This document shows positions 9,277 to 22,629 of a stretch of DNA of 64,000 bases, piece by piece; positions within the stretch are counted from its first letter, which is position 1; each line of letters opens with the position of its first letter. Source of the stretch: Myxococcota bacterium. GTDB lineage: Bacteria > Myxococcota_A > UBA796 > CAJQPC01. The notes under the pieces were generated by a model, which was not told where the DNA came from, made no database searches, and was given only the letters and a program-made list of their open reading frames with translations. The stretch is taken from the NCBI GenBank assembly GCA_036229005.1, contig JAZAMN010000070.1, positions 22,267-86,266 on the forward strand, in the 5' to 3' direction. A program made the translations under genes and the position numbers.

Positions 9277-9840
9277 ATGACTCAGTTCACTCGTCTCGCT
9301 GTCGCGCTCGCACTGGTGGGTGGTCTGGCCTTCGCTGGCCAGGCGCAGGCCCAGGAGCTCGATGCGTCTGGCAACCTGGAGCAGTCGACCACGGCCTCCC
9401 CCAAGGAGATGGTCAGCTTCGCGACCGAGGCGGTCGAGGAGATGCGCACCGCGCAGTCCGAGGTCCAGCGCATGCTGGCCGATGCTGAGAAGGCTGGAGA
9501 CGTCTACCAGGTCCAGTGCTTGAACAAGAAGCTCTCGGCGATCGCCGCGCTGGCCGAGGTCAGTGAGTCCGCAAAGGCGTCCATGCAGGAGGCGCTGGCC
9601 TCCGGAGATGTGGAGGGGGCCCAGATCGAGTTCCGCCGCGTCGCTGTGGGGCAGTCCAAGACCCGGCAGTTCCGCGCTGAGGCTGAAGCGTGCACGCGCG
9701 ACGACGGCACCGCTCCTGGCGATGTCAGCGTGGACGTGAGCAATGAGGCCCTGGCAGACAGCAGCGGCGACACGGAGAGCATCGACGATGGGAACATCGG
9801 CGTTGGCTCCGAGCCCCCCAGCACGAGCCCCTTCGAGTAG
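9277..9840 (+). CDS. Secreted alpha-helical hypothetical protein with a Cys pair
   Basis: Signal peptide ending AQA; helical core with VQCLNKKL and AEAC; acidic tail; SD GGAGG. Confidence 0.75.
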   Translation: MTQFTRLAVALALVGGLAFAGQAQAQELDASGNLEQSTTASPKEMVSFATEAVEEMRTAQSEVQRMLADAEKAGDVYQVQCLNKKLSAIAALAEVSESAKASMQEALASGDVEGAQIEFRRVAVGQSKTRQFRAEAEACTRDDGTAPGDVSVDVSNEALADSSGDTESIDDGNIGVGSEPPSTSPFE

Positions 9841-9945
9841 AGACGCTCCGTCACTCCAGTGTCAGCCTAACGGGGTTGCGCGCTGACCTGGAAAGTGTGA
9901 GAGTGAGTCCCGCTATTGCAGACATCCACGCAGAGGCACGAACGA

Positions 9946-11346
9946 ATGGGAGCAGTCGGCTGGAGCCGAGCATCGATGGGCGCACTGTTGTGCGTGGTCG
10001 CTGCTGGCGCTTTCGCACCCGGTGCCGCCTACGCGGAGCCCGGTGACCACATCAAGGTCGGACAGGCGGAGGTCGTTCCTTCTCTCAAGCTTGGCTACGA
10101 GTGGCGCTCCAACCTCTACCTTGAGGAGCACGCGCTGTTCCCGGCTGCAGGGCAGCAGGGGACCGTGCGGGGGGCGGCGTTGGTCGTCCGCCCCGGTCTG
10201 ACGATTGCACTCCACACGCATGAGGTCGCGTTCGACGCAGGGGCCAACTACAACCTGCGGAAGTTCATCACGAGCTCCAAGAGCCAGAACACAGCGTACA
10301 ACGTCTCGAACCTCGACCAGTTCAACAACGTGGACCTCTTCGCGAAGCTCCACATCCTCCCCAACGGGGTTGTAGGCCTCAAGCTCGACCAGTCCTTTGC
10401 GATCTCGAACCGTCCGATTGAGTCGCAGTTTGCGGACAACGCGCTGATCACCCGCACCCGCAACGACACGGGCGCCTACTTTGTTGTGTCTCCGGGCAAC
10501 GCCCTGAACTTCGATCTCGGCGGCTTCCTGGTCTACGACCAGTACGACGGCAACGACGACAGCTCCACTGTCGTGCTCGGGTCCCGGCTCAACAACAAGC
10601 TGGGCTACGGCGCGGTGTTCCGCACCAACTGGGAGTTCTTCCCCCGCACGGCGCTGGTGGTCGACGCGCGCGTCGAGCGCTTTGACTGGGACCGCAACGT
10701 GGTGACCACGGCTGGTGGGGACCAGGCCAGCGAGAACCTCGGCAACGCGCTCCCCATGCCCGATGGCTGGGGCTGGCACGCTGAGATGGGCCTCAAGGGC
10801 CGCGTGACCAACAAGCTTGTGGTCAACGCGCTGGTTGGCTACGGCCAGACCACCTACGACGAGCAGTCGGTGCTGGACTACGTGTCGGGGAACAACTCCT
10901 CCCTCTGGGAGGGGGAGATCGACACCACCGGCGCGTGGACCCAGGACCTGCGGGGCCTGACGGGTCTCACCGCCGAGACCTCGCTGACCTGGACACCGGT
11001 CACCGGACAGTCCTTCTCGGCCGGATACAAGCGCTCCTACCAGGATAGCTGGTTCACCAACTGGGTGTCCTACAACAGCGGTTTCGCCCGCTACAACGGC
11101 GCGCTCGCCCGTCGCTGGGACCTCTCGGTGGAAGGCAACTACCGCCTCGAGGCCTACGAGGGCGAGGTCACCCGCAACGACCACGTCATCACGACCCGGG
11201 CTGGGTTGTCCTACGACGCGACCGACTGGCTCGCGCTGCAGGGCGGGACCGCTTGGCGTCGGCGCGTGTCGGCTGACACTCCGCCCCTGGCGAGCATCGA
11301 GTACGACGACGTCGCGATCAACGTCGGCATGAAGCTCACCTACTGA
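9946..11346 (+). CDS. Outer-membrane beta-barrel, possibly BBP2/EpsX/ExoB-type polysaccharide-export porin
   Basis: Signal peptide ending AYA; amphipathic beta strands (PSLKLGYEWRSNLY); C-terminal aromatic (MKLTY). Confidence 0.65.
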   Translation: MGAVGWSRASMGALLCVVAAGAFAPGAAYAEPGDHIKVGQAEVVPSLKLGYEWRSNLYLEEHALFPAAGQQGTVRGAALVVRPGLTIALHTHEVAFDAGANYNLRKFITSSKSQNTAYNVSNLDQFNNVDLFAKLHILPNGVVGLKLDQSFAISNRPIESQFADNALITRTRNDTGAYFVVSPGNALNFDLGGFLVYDQYDGNDDSSTVVLGSRLNNKLGYGAVFRTNWEFFPRTALVVDARVERFDWDRNVVTTAGGDQASENLGNALPMPDGWGWHAEMGLKGRVTNKLVVNALVGYGQTTYDEQSVLDYVSGNNSSLWEGEIDTTGAWTQDLRGLTGLTAETSLTWTPVTGQSFSAGYKRSYQDSWFTNWVSYNSGFARYNGALARRWDLSVEGNYRLEAYEGEVTRNDHVITTRAGLSYDATDWLALQGGTAWRRRVSADTPPLASIEYDDVAINVGMKLTY

Positions 11347-11436
11347 GCGTCTGCTCAGGACCAGAAGCGCCGCGCTCCATGCGCGGCGTTTGTGCTCTGG
11401 GCCCAGCAGGCTGGACTCTGGGGTGTGAGGGGAGGC

Positions 11437-12426
11437 TCAGTACTTGGGGGACTGCGCCCAGCGCCAGGCAGTGGCCAGGATCTCGTCCAGGTCAAGCCAG
11501 CGCGGACTCCACCCCAGCTCTCGCTGCGCAGCCGTCGGCTGGGCCCAGATCCGGGCAGGGTCCCCATCACGTCGGGGGCCGTCCTGCCAGGGCACGTCCT
11601 GCTGGGTGACGCGGGCGGCGGACTCCAGGATCTGCAGGACAGAGGTCCCGGTGCCAGTCCCCAGGTTCCATGCACCGCCCGGGTTTCCAGCCAGCAGGTA
11701 CTCCAGAGCGGCCAGGTGGGCATCGGCGAGGTCCATGACGTGGATGTAGTCCCGGATACAGGAGCCATCCGGCGTGTCGTAGTCCCGGCCGAACACCTGG
11801 AGCGGTGGGCGCTCGCCGCGAACAGCCTGGAAGACCAGCGGGATCAGGTGGGTCTCGTGGCTGTGGCTCTCACCCAGCAGCCCACTGGGATGGGCGCCGG
11901 CCGCGTTGAAGTAGCGGAGGCGGGCGGCCCGCAGGCCCTCGACTGCCGCAGCCTCGAGAACCTGCTCCGCCATCCACTTGGAGTGGCCGTAGGGGCTCTC
12001 GGGGGCCTTTGGGTGGGCCTCGGTGACGGGCACCTGAGCAGGCGTCCCGTAGACGGCGCAAGTGGAAGAGAAGACCAGCGGGGCGATGCCGCGCTCGCCC
12101 ATCAGGCGGGCCAGCGTGGCGGTCCCACCGACGTTCACCTCGAAGTAGCGGCTGGGCTGCTGGGTGCTCTCACCGACCAGCGCGAGGGCAGCGAAGTGCA
12201 TCACCGCCCCGATGCCGTGTTCGTCCAGGGTCTGGCCCAGGCGCCCGGCGTCGCGGATGTCCCCGAGGACCAGAGGCAGGCCCAAGGCCTCCACCGCCTC
12301 CCGGTGGCCTGTGGAGAGGTCGTCGTAGACCACCACGGGGTAGCCCGCCTCTTTGAGGCGGAGGGCACAGTGGGAGCCGATGTAGCCGGCTCCGCCAACA
12401 ACGAGGACGGTCGGTTTCACCTCCAC
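11437..12426 (-). CDS. galE: UDP-glucose 4-epimerase
   Basis: GGAGYIGSH, FSSTCAVYG, YGHSK, LRYFNAAGA, RDYIHVMDLA. Confidence 0.95.
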   Translation of the reverse strand: MEVKPTVLVVGGAGYIGSHCALRLKEAGYPVVVYDDLSTGHREAVEALGLPLVLGDIRDAGRLGQTLDEHGIGAVMHFAALALVGESTQQPSRYFEVNVGGTATLARLMGERGIAPLVFSSTCAVYGTPAQVPVTEAHPKAPESPYGHSKWMAEQVLEAAAVEGLRAARLRYFNAAGAHPSGLLGESHSHETHLIPLVFQAVRGERPPLQVFGRDYDTPDGSCIRDYIHVMDLADAHLAALEYLLAGNPGGAWNLGTGTGTSVLQILESAARVTQQDVPWQDGPRRDGDPARIWAQPTAAQRELGWSPRWLDLDEILATAWRWAQSPKY

Positions 12427-12553
12427 AACCTCACCTTGGAGGTGTCGCCTGTCAAGTGACAGCTCCTCAGAGCCCTCAGGTATTCAAGGAGCTTGAAGGA
12501 TGACGTGTCAAGGGTTTTGCGCTACCATGGGCCCAATCTCTCTGGGACAGACC

Positions 12554-15757
<3,204 letters not shown>

Positions 15758-15766
15758 GCGGTGTCC

Positions 15767-15803
15767 AAAGGCTGACGGTTCTTTCGGTGGGCTGTCAGCT
15801 TTT
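15767..15803. terminator. Hairpin, possible terminator between ftsK and lolA
   Basis: AAAGGCTGACGGTT...GGCTGTCAGCTTTT. Confidence 0.5.
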
Positions 15804-15905
15804 GTCACGCCTTGAATGCCCCTGGCCCTCCTGGCGTCTTGGCACTTGGAACGATTGCAGCGCCCGCCTCTGCGGGCTACCCCCACGATTCCAGGGAGGA
15901 TTCCC

Positions 15906-16580
15906 GTGAAGTCTCTGTCCAGCATCGCCCTCATCGCGACCGTCGGCGTCGTCCTCTCGGCCCCAGTCCTGGCCCAGGAGGCCAAGGGCCCGGCGAACGT
16001 GCAGGAGCTCGTCGCCGCGGTCGAGGCCACCTACGCGGGCGTAGACTCTCTGAGCGCGGAGTTCACCCAGAGCACCAAGTCCTCCGCCTTCGAAGCCACC
16101 ATGTCCGGCACCGTGTCCATGGAGCGCCCCCGCAAGGTGCGTTGGGACACGACCGGTTCCGCCGGTGGCTCCTTGGTGGTGTCTGATGGCGCCAAGCTCT
16201 GGATGTACATGCCCGAGCAGAAGCAGGTCATGGTCTACCAGGACCTCTCCGGCACCGCGTCCGGCGCGATGGCCATGGACATCCTCTCCGACATGACCAA
16301 GCTGGACGAGACCTTCGCCACCGAGATGGGCGCGGGGGACGCAGACAGCTACACGGTCGTGCTCAAGCCCAAGGCGGGCGCCGAGTCCAACTACAGCACC
16401 ATCGTGCTGGACGTGACCAAGGACGCCTACGTCCTGGAGAAGGTCGTCCTGACCGACCTCTTTGGCACCGTCACCACCTACGACTTCAAGAACCTCAAGC
16501 TCAACCCCGAGCTGGACGACGCGACCTTCACCTTCAAGGCCCCCGAAGGGGTCACGGTGATGGACGCGAGCCAGATCTGA
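15906..16580 (+). CDS. lolA: Outer-membrane lipoprotein carrier LolA
   Basis: SD GGAGG and GTG; signal peptide; LSAEFTQ, RPRKVRW, VSDGAKLWMY, FTFKAPEGV; follows ftsK. Confidence 0.9.
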   Translation: MKSLSSIALIATVGVVLSAPVLAQEAKGPANVQELVAAVEATYAGVDSLSAEFTQSTKSSAFEATMSGTVSMERPRKVRWDTTGSAGGSLVVSDGAKLWMYMPEQKQVMVYQDLSGTASGAMAMDILSDMTKLDETFATEMGAGDADSYTVVLKPKAGAESNYSTIVLDVTKDAYVLEKVVLTDLFGTVTTYDFKNLKLNPELDDATFTFKAPEGVTVMDASQI

Positions 16581-16598
16581 GCCCTGGAGCTGACCTCC

Positions 16599-17939
16599 GT
16601 GCAGCGCGTACACCTGATCAGCCTCGGCTGTCCCAAGAACCGAGTGGACTCCGAGGTCATGGTGGGGCAGCTGCAGAGCGGCCCCTTCGAGCTGGTTGAT
16701 GAGCCCGAGCGGGCCGACGTGATCGTCGTCAACACCTGCTCCTTCATCCAGCCCGCGACCGAAGAGTCCATCGAGACCGTCCTGGAGATGGCCCGCTTCA
16801 AGGAGGAGGGCAGCTGCTCCAAGCTGGTCGTGACCGGCTGCATGGTCCAGCGCTTTGGCCGCTCCCTGGAGGGCGAGCTCCCCGAGGTCGACCACTTTCT
16901 GGGCACCGGCGAATACCACCGCATCCTGGATGTGCTGGACAAGCCCCAGGCCCCCCGCAGCTTCGTGGATGTGCCCATGTACATCCACGACGAGATGGCT
17001 CCGCGGGTCAACTCCTGGGCGGGCCACAGCGCCTACCTGAAGATCTCCGAGGGCTGCAACCACCGCTGCACCTTCTGCATCATCCCGCAGCTCCGCGGCA
17101 GGCTCCGCTCCCGCAGCATCGAGTCCCTGGTGGTCGAGGCCGCCAAGCTCGCGGCCAGCGGCGTCAAGGAGCTGAACATCGTCAGCCAGGACAGCACCGC
17201 CTACGGGCGGGATCTCTACGGCAAGCCCCAGCTGGGCGAGCTGCTGCGCGCGCTGGCCAAGGTCGAGGGCATCGAGTGGATCCGCATCCACTACGCCTAC
17301 CCCATCGGGATGCCCGACACGCTGCTCCAGGCCATCGCCGAGGAGCCCAAGATCCTGCCCTACCTGGACATGCCCCTGCAGCACGCCAGCGGCCCGGTCC
17401 TCAAGGCCATGAAGCGGGGCGTGACCCGCGCCGGTCAGGAGCGCATCCTGGCCCGCGTGCGCGAGGCGGTGCCCGACATCGCCATCCGGTCCACCTTCAT
17501 CGTGGGCTTCCCCGGTGAGACCGAGGCCGACTACCAGGAGCTGGAGGACTTCATTCGCGACCAGCGCTTCTCTCGGGTGGGTGTGTTCACCTACTTCGAG
17601 GAGGAGGGCACCCCCGCGGCCGAGCTCCCCAACCAGGTCCCGGAGGAGGTCCGTCAGGAGCGCCAGGCCAAGCTGATGGCGCTGCAGGCGCAGATCTCCC
17701 GCGAGCACAACGAGTCCCTGGTCGGTCAGATCCTGCCCGTCATGCTGGACGGCGTCTCCAAGGAGTCCGAGCTGCTGCTCTCCGGCCGCCTGATGAGTCA
17801 GGCCCCCGATGTCGACGGCCAGGTGTTCGTGACCTCGGTGCCCAAGGGAGCCAAGGCGGGGGACATCCTGCCCTGCCGCATCGTCCAAGCCACCGACCAT
17901 GACCTGGTCGGAGAGATGGAGCTCGACCTCGAGATCTGA
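16599..17939 (+). CDS. rimO: Ribosomal protein S12 methylthiotransferase RimO
   Basis: SLGCPKNRVDSE, NTCSFI, radical-SAM CNHRCTFC, YLDMPLQH, TRAM domain (APDVDG). Confidence 0.95.
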   Translation: MQRVHLISLGCPKNRVDSEVMVGQLQSGPFELVDEPERADVIVVNTCSFIQPATEESIETVLEMARFKEEGSCSKLVVTGCMVQRFGRSLEGELPEVDHFLGTGEYHRILDVLDKPQAPRSFVDVPMYIHDEMAPRVNSWAGHSAYLKISEGCNHRCTFCIIPQLRGRLRSRSIESLVVEAAKLAASGVKELNIVSQDSTAYGRDLYGKPQLGELLRALAKVEGIEWIRIHYAYPIGMPDTLLQAIAEEPKILPYLDMPLQHASGPVLKAMKRGVTRAGQERILARVREAVPDIAIRSTFIVGFPGETEADYQELEDFIRDQRFSRVGVFTYFEEEGTPAAELPNQVPEEVRQERQAKLMALQAQISREHNESLVGQILPVMLDGVSKESELLLSGRLMSQAPDVDGQVFVTSVPKGAKAGDILPCRIVQATDHDLVGEMELDLEI

Positions 17940-18032
17940 GGGTCGCACCTCGCGGGTGAGGGGAGTCTCCGGGTGCAGGGCTGCACAGAATCCCAAGGGG
18001 TGGGCCCAGCCGTTTTGGGATACCCCACAGCC

Positions 18033-18818
18033 ATGGCCTCCCAGTCCATCAGCATCGTCTTCCCCGCCTTCAACGAGGCGGAGAACATCGAGCGCTCGGT
18101 GCAGAGCGCGGTGCAGGTGATGGAGGCGCTGGAGCGCAGCTTCGAGGTGATCGTCGTGGACGACGGCTCCTCGGACACCACGCGGGCCAAGGTCGACGCC
18201 TGCGCGGCCAAGGATCCCCGGGTGCGCTGCATCCACCACCCCTCCAACCGGGGCTACGGTGCGGCCCTGCGCACGGGCCTGCTCTCGGCGCGCATGGAGC
18301 TGGTGTTCTTCACCGACGCGGACCTGCAGTTCGACCTGCGGGAGATCAGCAAGCTGCTGACCTACGCGGACCACTACGACATCATCGCCGGCTACCGCAG
18401 CCCCCGGTCGGACCCCTTCCCGCGCAAGGTGAACGCCTGGGCCTGGGGCAAGCTGGTGGACCTGCTCTTTGATCTGCGCGTCCAAGACGTGGACTGCGCC
18501 TTCAAGATCTTCCACCGCCGCGTGCTCGAGGCCGTCCCCATCCAGTCCGTGGGCGCCTTCATCAACTCCGAGATCCTGGTCCGCGCTCGGGCCGAGGGCT
18601 TCACCCTCAAGCAGCTGCCCGTGCGCCACTACCCCCGCCAGGCCGGCACCCAGACCGGCGCGAACCCCAAGGTCATCGCCAAGGCCTTTGTGGAGCTGTC
18701 CCGGCTCTACGGCGAGCTGCGGGCCCTGGACCGCATCCCCGAGCGGGGTGCTACTGCCCGTCCAGCAAGGCCATCGCCTTCGCGAGCTGGGGATCCGACT
18801 GGATCCGCTCCAAGATAG
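18033..18818 (+). CDS. Glycosyltransferase family 2 (DPM1-like)
   Basis: PAFNEAENI, VDDGSSD, NRGYGAAL, FTDADLQ, DVDCAFK. Confidence 0.9.
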   Translation: MASQSISIVFPAFNEAENIERSVQSAVQVMEALERSFEVIVVDDGSSDTTRAKVDACAAKDPRVRCIHHPSNRGYGAALRTGLLSARMELVFFTDADLQFDLREISKLLTYADHYDIIAGYRSPRSDPFPRKVNAWAWGKLVDLLFDLRVQDVDCAFKIFHRRVLEAVPIQSVGAFINSEILVRARAEGFTLKQLPVRHYPRQAGTQTGANPKVIAKAFVELSRLYGELRALDRIPERGATARPARPSPSRAGDPTGSAPR

Positions 18819-20076
18819 GGCCCTTGAAGGAGGGGGAGAGGGAGGCGCGCTGGGGCGCCGGCAGGCTCTGGGCCAACCCCATCAGCTCCTGCTTCTCCGC
18901 CTCACTGAGTGAGGACTCCTGGATGCCAGCGAGGAGCGACTGGCGCGGATCCTGCGCGGACTCGTCCAGCAGCAGGACCTCGTGGTCGGGGACCACGCCG
19001 GAGCCGCGCTCGAAGTGCCGGCCGTCGGCCAGGTAGTAGCGCGCGATGGTGAGCTTGAGGGCGCCCCCGCTGGGGTACTCGTAGTAGCTCTGGACGGAGC
19101 CCTTGCCGTAGCTAGGCTCCCCGACAACCTGCGCCCGGCCGGCCACCTGGAGGCTGCCTGCGACGATCTCGGAGGCCGAGGCGGACATGCTGTTCATGAG
19201 CACGACCACGGGGGTCTGCAGGTCGGTGTCGGGGGCGGTGGCGTGGTGCTGCTCGTTGGTGGCGGCGTCCAGGCGCCCGCGGGTCTCCACGATGAGCCCC
19301 TGGTCCACGAAGTGGTCCACCACGGTGACCGCCTCTTCGAGCAGGCCGCCGGGGTTGGAGCGCAGATCCAGGACGAGCCCGGTGAGCTGGCCGCCGTTGA
19401 GGGCCTCCAGGCGCGCTTTCTCGGCCAGCAGCTCCTGGCCGGAGCGGCGCTGGAAGTGCTCCAGGCGGATGTAGCCGACGCCCCCGGGCACCAGGCGGCC
19501 GGAGACGGCGGCGGTGTGGACCTGGTCGCGGATCACGGGGACCTTGAGCTCGGCGTCGCGGCGCAGGACGGTGAGCACGACCTCGGAGCCGCGGGGGCCC
19601 TGGATGCGCCTGGCGACGCGCTCCAGAGTCCACGCCCCGATGGCCTCGCCGTCGATCTCCAGCAGCAGGTCGCCCTCGACCACCCCGGCCAGATCAGCCG
19701 GTCCACCCTGGATCACCTCGGTCACCAAGAGCCCTCCCTCCACGGTCTCCACGCTGAGCCCCACCCCGGAGCTCTCACCCTCGGTGCGCTCCTTGAGGCG
19801 CGCGTAGGTCTCGGGGTCGTAGTAGGCGGACTGCTCGTCCAGGGCGTCGGTCATGCCGGCGATGGCGGCCTCGACCAGCTCCTGGGTGCTGCGCTGCTCG
19901 ACGTAGTTGACCTGGATCTGGGTCAGCGCGCGCGTGAAGGTGTCCAGGCCGTCGTAGGGCGCCTGCTTCTGTGCGTGCACGACGCCGCCGGTGTACTGGC
20001 CGAGGGCGAGGCCCCCGCCGAGGGTGGCGAGGACGACCACGAAGGCGCGGACCAGAGGGTTCTTGTAGAAGGACAT
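18751..20076 (-). CDS. ctpA: C-terminal processing peptidase, S41 family
   Basis: PDZ domain; LDLRSNPGGLL, SASASEIVAG, YGKGSVQ. Confidence 0.93.
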   Translation of the reverse strand: MSFYKNPLVRAFVVVLATLGGGLALGQYTGGVVHAQKQAPYDGLDTFTRALTQIQVNYVEQRSTQELVEAAIAGMTDALDEQSAYYDPETYARLKERTEGESSGVGLSVETVEGGLLVTEVIQGGPADLAGVVEGDLLLEIDGEAIGAWTLERVARRIQGPRGSEVVLTVLRRDAELKVPVIRDQVHTAAVSGRLVPGGVGYIRLEHFQRRSGQELLAEKARLEALNGGQLTGLVLDLRSNPGGLLEEAVTVVDHFVDQGLIVETRGRLDAATNEQHHATAPDTDLQTPVVVLMNSMSASASEIVAGSLQVAGRAQVVGEPSYGKGSVQSYYEYPSGGALKLTIARYYLADGRHFERGSGVVPDHEVLLLDESAQDPRQSLLAGIQESSLSEAEKQELMGLAQSLPAPQRASLSPSFKGPILERIQSDPQLAKAMALLDGQ

Positions 20077-20081
20077 GGAGG

Positions 20082-21089
20082 CTATGACCCCAGCCAGTCG
20101 TCAGGGTTCTGGGGAGTGTTGCGATAGCGCACCTCGAAGTGCACGCGCGGTCCCCGCTGGTCGACCACGCCGGTCTCGCCGACGACGCCGATGTAGTCCC
20201 CCTGCTTGAGCTGCTGGCCCACGCGCACCTTGGACTGCCCCAGGTGGGCGTAGACGGTGGTGAAGCCGTCGCCGTGGTCGACCACGATGGTCATGCCCAG
20301 GCCGGCGATGGGCTCGCCGCGGATGACGACGCCATCGGCCACCACGCGGACGGTGGAGTAGGCGGGCGCCAGCAGGTCCACGCCCCGGTTGCCGCCGCCA
20401 AAGGAGCTCAGGCGGGTCCCGCGGGTGACGGGGGAGGGGAGGCGCCCCTGCTGGTCGCGGAAGCGCAGCGTGGGGGTCGGCGCGGCGGCCTGGGGGATGG
20501 GCTCGGCGTGCAGGGTCTGGGAGGCGCGGACGGTGCGGGCGTCGGCCTGGCGCATCAGGGTCTCGGAGGCGCGCACCTGTTCGAGCAGAGCACGCCGCGC
20601 CTCGCGCTCGGCCAGGAGCTCCGACTCTTTCTCCTGGAACTGTGCCTGGAGGGTGGAGAGCTCAGCCTGGCGGGCCTCGACCTCCTTCACCGCCTCCCGG
20701 CGCTTGTCGAGCTCGCCCCGGAAGCTCTCGACCATGCTGTCGGTGTGGGAGAGCAGGGAGAGCAGGTAGCGGGAGCGGCGGCGCAGATCGGAGGGGTCTT
20801 CCGCGGAGAAGAGGATCCGGGCGAAGCCGCGGCGGTTGATCAGGTAGGCGAGGCGGATGATCTGCCGCACCCGCTCGCTGCGGCCGTCCACCACCTCCTG
20901 TGCCTTGGCCAGCTCCAGCTGGTGGGACTGGAGCTCACCGTCGAGGTCACCCTTCTGCGCTTCGATGCGGAGCATCTCGGCCTGCACATCCAGGAGCTGG
21001 CGCTCGGTGTCGGCGAGCTGGTCGAGCACGGTCCCGGCGCTCTGGGCGCGGGCGGGGGACGCGAGCAGGGCCAGCAGGAGGGCGATCAC
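20082..21089 (-). CDS. envC: Coiled-coil M23/LytM protein, EnvC-like murein hydrolase activator
   Basis: GTG start overlapping the ftsX stop; coiled coil; degenerate LytM (NRGVD, YAHL, VHFEVR). Confidence 0.8.
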   Translation of the reverse strand: MIALLLALLASPARAQSAGTVLDQLADTERQLLDVQAEMLRIEAQKGDLDGELQSHQLELAKAQEVVDGRSERVRQIIRLAYLINRRGFARILFSAEDPSDLRRRSRYLLSLLSHTDSMVESFRGELDKRREAVKEVEARQAELSTLQAQFQEKESELLAEREARRALLEQVRASETLMRQADARTVRASQTLHAEPIPQAAAPTPTLRFRDQQGRLPSPVTRGTRLSSFGGGNRGVDLLAPAYSTVRVVADGVVIRGEPIAGLGMTIVVDHGDGFTTVYAHLGQSKVRVGQQLKQGDYIGVVGETGVVDQRGPRVHFEVRYRNTPQNPDDWLGS

Positions 21090-21976
21090 GGGGCGGCCTT
21101 CCAGAAGCGGGTGACGGACCAGAGGCAGCCCACGACGCCGAGCAGGACGCTCGCACCGATGAGCAGCAGGCACCAGCCGACGCTGAGGAAGGAGAGCTGG
21201 GCGCCGGCGAGGGCCAGGGAGAGGGCGTCCTCCAGGCGCACGACCAGCAGGCGGTGCAGGCCGTAGACGCCGGCGAGACCGAGCCCGCCGCCCAGCAGAC
21301 CCTGGACGAGGCCCTCCAGGGCGAAGGGGAGGGCGGTGAAGCCCCAGGTGGCGCCCACCAGCTTCATGGTCTCCAGCTCGTCCTTTCGGGCGTAGGCGAC
21401 CAGGTGCATGGTGTTGCCGACCAGGAAGACGGCGGCCAGGGAGATGAGCAGGCCCAGGACCAGCCCCAGGCCGCGGAGCAGGCTCAGGAAGGTGTGGAAG
21501 CGCTGCACCCACTGGCGGCCGTAGTCGATGACCTCGAAGGGGGGGCCGTCGATGGAGGCCACGAAGGCCTCGATGGCGTCGGGGGAGGCCTGGCCTTGGC
21601 TGAGGGTGATCTCCAGGCTGGCGGGCAGGACCTCGGGGCCCAGCTCGTCCAGGATGGGGCCGGCCTCCTCGACCGCCTCGGCCAGGTAGGCGGCGGCGTC
21701 CTCCTCGCTCACGTACTGGACGCTGGCGACCTCGGGGCGGGCGGCGAGCTGGTCCTTGGTGGAGAAGCGCAGCTCCACGGCGATGTCGGGGGCGAAGTAG
21801 GCGGAGACGTGGGCGTCGCGGTCCCAGGAGGAGACCACCCGGTCCAGGGTCCGGAGGGCGGTCAGGTAGACCCCGGCGAGCAGCACGGTGGCGGCGATGA
21901 CGCCGGCCGCGATGATGTTCAGGCTCAGGTTCTCGCGCAGGGAGCGCAGGGTGCGGCGCAGGATGTGGGGGATCAT
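21086..21976 (-). CDS. ftsX: Cell division permease FtsX
   Basis: LPASLEI, NTMHLVAYARKDELETMKLVGAT, PFALEG. Confidence 0.93.
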   Translation of the reverse strand: MIPHILRRTLRSLRENLSLNIIAAGVIAATVLLAGVYLTALRTLDRVVSSWDRDAHVSAYFAPDIAVELRFSTKDQLAARPEVASVQYVSEEDAAAYLAEAVEEAGPILDELGPEVLPASLEITLSQGQASPDAIEAFVASIDGPPFEVIDYGRQWVQRFHTFLSLLRGLGLVLGLLISLAAVFLVGNTMHLVAYARKDELETMKLVGATWGFTALPFALEGLVQGLLGGGLGLAGVYGLHRLLVVRLEDALSLALAGAQLSFLSVGWCLLLIGASVLLGVVGCLWSVTRFWKAAP

Positions 21977-22629
21977 TGGCCGGCCACCAGCCGCCCGGCC
22001 TCGAAGCGCAGGCGGCGCTGGGGGAAGCGCTCCATCAGGCCGACGTCGTGGGTGGCGACGAGCACGGTGGTGCCGCGCAGGTTGATGGAGAGCAGGATCT
22101 CCATGACCTCGATGGCCATGGCGCCGTCCAGGTTGCCGGTGGGCTCGTCCGCGAGCAGCACGGCGGGGTCGTTGAGGATGGCGCGGGCGACGGCCACGCG
22201 CTGCTGCTCGCCGCCGGAGAGGTCGCTGGGGAAGCGGGCCTCCTTGCCGGCCAGGCCCACCACGTTGAGCACCGCCTTGGCCTTGCGGTCGATCTGCTCG
22301 CGGGGAGTGCCGAGGACCTCGAGGGCCAGCCCTACGTTGTCCAGCACGGAGCGGTTGGGGATGAGCTTGAAGTCCTGGAAGACCACCCCGATGTTGCGGC
22401 GCAGGAAGGGCAGGCGCCGGTCGGGCAGCTTGGAGGCGTCCACGCCGCCCACCAGCAGCTTGCCGGAGCTGGGCTTCTCGGCCCCGTAGAGCAGGCGCAG
22501 CAGGGTGCTCTTGCCGGCCCCGGAGGGACCGGTCACGTAGGCGAACTCGCCCTTGGCCACGTGGAGGGTGACGTCCTTGAGGGCCTGGTGGTCGCCGTAG
22601 TGTTTGTCGATATGGTAGAGGCGGATCAA
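21973..22629 (-). CDS. ftsE: Cell division ATP-binding protein FtsE
   Basis: GPSGAGKST, IGVVFQDFKL, LSGGEQQR, LADEPTGNLD. Confidence 0.95.
   Translation of the reverse strand: MIRLYHIDKHYGDHQALKDVTLHVAKGEFAYVTGPSGAGKSTLLRLLYGAEKPSSGKLLVGGVDASKLPDRRLPFLRRNIGVVFQDFKLIPNRSVLDNVGLALEVLGTPREQIDRKAKAVLNVVGLAGKEARFPSDLSGGEQQRVAVARAILNDPAVLLADEPTGNLDGAMAIEVMEILLSINLRGTTVLVATHDVGLMERFPQRRLRFEAGRLVAGQ

Noticed and set aside
15839..15860. TGGCAC...TTGCA as a sigma54 promoter for lolA
   Set aside because: GG-to-GC spacing is 14 nt rather than the required 10
18751..18818. 68-bp convergent overlap of GT2 and ctpA as an antisense regulatory device
   Set aside because: Explained by a low-complexity tail extension of the GT2; short convergent overlaps recur in this window (rsmI, xth)
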